Shown here: in pieces, positions 25,645 to 27,414 of the stretch | How positions within the stretch are numbered: the first letter of the stretch is position 1 | How the letters are laid out: every line of letters starts with the position of its first letter | Assembly: GCA_030642465.1 (NCBI GenBank) | Contig: DAOWNS010000001.1 | Location: forward strand, 1-27,414 | DNA length: 27,414 nt | Reading direction: 5' to 3' | Origin: Candidatus Thorarchaeota archaeon | GTDB lineage: Archaea > Asgardarchaeota > Thorarchaeia > Thorarchaeales > Thorarchaeaceae | Program-made: the position numbers and the translations under genes | Notes under the pieces: generated by a model | What the model was told of the DNA's origin: nothing | The model's input: the letters and a program-made list of their open reading frames with translations, nothing else | Database searches by the model: none

Positions 25645-26345
25645 TTATCCGCCCATGAGGAAATTGACTAGGAGTAACCAGCCGCTGCCAATCACCAAGT
25701 GAATTAGAGCCAGGATTGTGCCCAACTTGGCGAATCCTAAGAAGGAAATATGATCGCCCTCCTCCGCAAATGACATGGTGACTGTGTTTGCTTGCGCACC
25801 CAGAGGCGTCAGATATCCCCCGATATTCACCGCAAAGATTAGTGCGAGGGGCAGAACTGGGCTCACAGCAAGGAGCTCCGGGCTGGAAGCTATCGGTGCA
25901 AGCAATACTGACATAGGAAGATTGCCTAGGAAAGAAGAGAGCAATGCGGGAATCCAGATCATGAATACTGTGGCGAAGACGGTATCGTTTCCGACAACGG
26001 CTTGAATCCGCGCTCCAAGGTCATGGACTAATCCCGTCACTTCCAATGCCACAACAAGACCAAAGATAACAACAAGGAAAAACACTGTATCCCATCCCAC
26101 TTCAGTGAGAAACTTGTTAGCTCTCTTATGCGACAAGATGCGCATCATCATGCTAGTGACAAAAAGGATAGTATCCCACTCGATATCCAACAATAGTTCA
26201 TGATACGGGTGGCCTCCACTCCAGAGGACTACGCCTGCGAATCCCATACCTAGCAGGGCCATTCCAGTCCGGTTAATTTTCTCTGTGCTTATGATGATGT
26301 ACGTGCCGATAAAAACGGCGAGAATCGCCGCACCTAATCATCCAT
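25645..26345 (-). pseudogene. ArsB/NhaD (ion transporter superfamily) permease with 5' frameshift and large internal deletion
   Basis: Conserved N-terminus (AVFIGTYIIISTEKINRTGMALLG) is in frame but preceded by TGA, and ATG 26345 is 1 nt out of frame. The first WDTILF..MMM joins directly to the late WDTVFFL segment. C-terminal NIGGYLTPLGAQAN retained. Confidence 0.7.
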
Positions 26346-26563
26346 CTTCCTAGTGCTCACTCCAGATTGTCAATCTGCGGACGGTTGTCAATTGCAGCAA
26401 AGGCAGTAGAAACCACAATGCAACGACCTAATCAAACCCTACTCATTAATGTGTCCTCTAAGAAGCAATCTGGACTGCATGATGTCGTGTCTTGGCACTA
26501 CCAATGAGTTGATATTGCGATTACCTTCAACTCCGGCAATATCAGGTCCATGGTGAGGATTGA

Positions 26564-27414
26564 ATGACGAATCAGATCAAAGCCCAAACACCTGAGATGG
26601 CCAGTCTATCAGAGATGAAGACGATTTCAGATCAAGCGGCCATCATGGATATCTATGTTCTCTACCTAGATGACGAGAGCCACTCCTTTGATGGCCAGAC
26701 GGACAAGCTCCTTTTTCCTACCACTGAGGCAGAAGTAGCTGCTGTTCTGAAGCATGCATACGAGAACGGAACCCCCGTAACAATTCAGGGGGCCCGAACC
26801 GGAATCACCGGTGCCGCTGTTCCCATGGGTGGGATCACGATCAACCTTGAGAAGATGGATGAGCTGCTTTTCATGGAGTATTCCGCTGATGAGGGATTCT
26901 ACTCAATTGGCGGCCAAGCTGGTGTCATCCTTGAAACCCTTGCGAAGGCAGTTTCCGCAAAAACTCTTGATGAGTTGGAAGGCAAGGGCACGCCTGAGCA
27001 ACAGAAAGCTCTCAAACAGTTCCTGAATGAAACTGATTCCTATTTCTTCCCAATAGACCCGACAGAAATGACGGCCCTTCTGGGCGGTATTGTGGCGTGC
27101 AATGCGTCAGGTGCACGCACCTTCAAGCATGGTGCGGTTAGAAACTGGGTCCGTCGTCTGAGGGTTGTACTGGCAAACGGAGACATTCTTGATATTGAGC
27201 GAGGCAAGGTCTTCGCGAAAGATGGCACGTTTGAGGTTATGCTTACCAATGGATCAACGGTCGAAGTCCCGATACCCACCTATGAGATGCCAAAGACGAA
27301 GAATGCCGCTGGCCTCTTTGCGAAGCCTGGCATGGATCTGATCGACCTCTTCATCAGCTTTGAGGGAATCCTTGGTGCAATCACAATGGTAGAGCTTGAA
27401 CTGATGAAGATGCC
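26564..27414 (+). CDS. FAD-binding oxidoreductase (GlcD/D-lactate dehydrogenase family), runs off window end; not in ORF track
   Basis: Manual translation: FPTTEAEVAAVL, QGARTGITGAAVP, PIDPTE, LGGIVACNASGARTFKHG, LFISFEGILG. GGTGAGG SD before ATG 26564. Confidence 0.9.
   Translation, partial: MTNQIKAQTPEMASLSEMKTISDQAAIMDIYVLYLDDESHSFDGQTDKLLFPTTEAEVAAVLKHAYENGTPVTIQGARTGITGAAVPMGGITINLEKMDELLFMEYSADEGFYSIGGQAGVILETLAKAVSAKTLDELEGKGTPEQQKALKQFLNETDSYFFPIDPTEMTALLGGIVACNASGARTFKHGAVRNWVRRLRVVLANGDILDIERGKVFAKDGTFEVMLTNGSTVEVPIPTYEMPKTKNAAGLFAKPGMDLIDLFISFEGILGAITMVELELMKM

Noticed and set aside
1103-27279. Numerous short antisense or alternate-frame ORFs in the track (e.g. 13632..14204, 23237..23749, 16153..16632, 26811..27026, 27040..27279)
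   Set aside because: They overlap well-supported genes, lack recognisable motifs and look like shadow ORFs.
1-27414. CRISPR array, transposase, integrase or prophage genes
   Set aside because: No regularly spaced repeats, terminal inverted repeats with target duplications, or mobile-element proteins were seen.

Overview
Gene-dense archaeal chromosomal window. The gene families and style suggest Asgard archaea, probably Thorarchaeia; this is an inference only. Housekeeping content: a purine salvage/GMP cluster (PRTase-guaB convergent with a fused guaA), a short alaS, a PiT/DUF47 phosphate pair, acyl-CoA dehydrogenase, nitroreductase, ferredoxin, a Mo-oxidoreductase and a partial FAD oxidoreductase at the right edge. 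No rRNA, tRNA, CRISPR array or mobile element is recognisable. The strongest candidate for an undescribed system is a tightly coupled four-gene minus-strand operon (8155-10978). It encodes an HTH + CxxCx5C regulator followed by three diversified membrane bPH_2 (YdbS-like) paralogs, and a perfect 11-5-11 inverted repeat abuts its TATA box. Other notable items: a C2HC (UBZ-like spacing) finger fused to a Regnase-type NYN RNase; a 55-aa double desulforedoxin-like microprotein missed by the ORF track; a recently duplicated membrane-protein gene with a TGG>TGA-like stop in one copy; a membrane protein with a cytoplasmic Zn ribbon; and an internally deleted, frameshifted ArsB/NhaD transporter.
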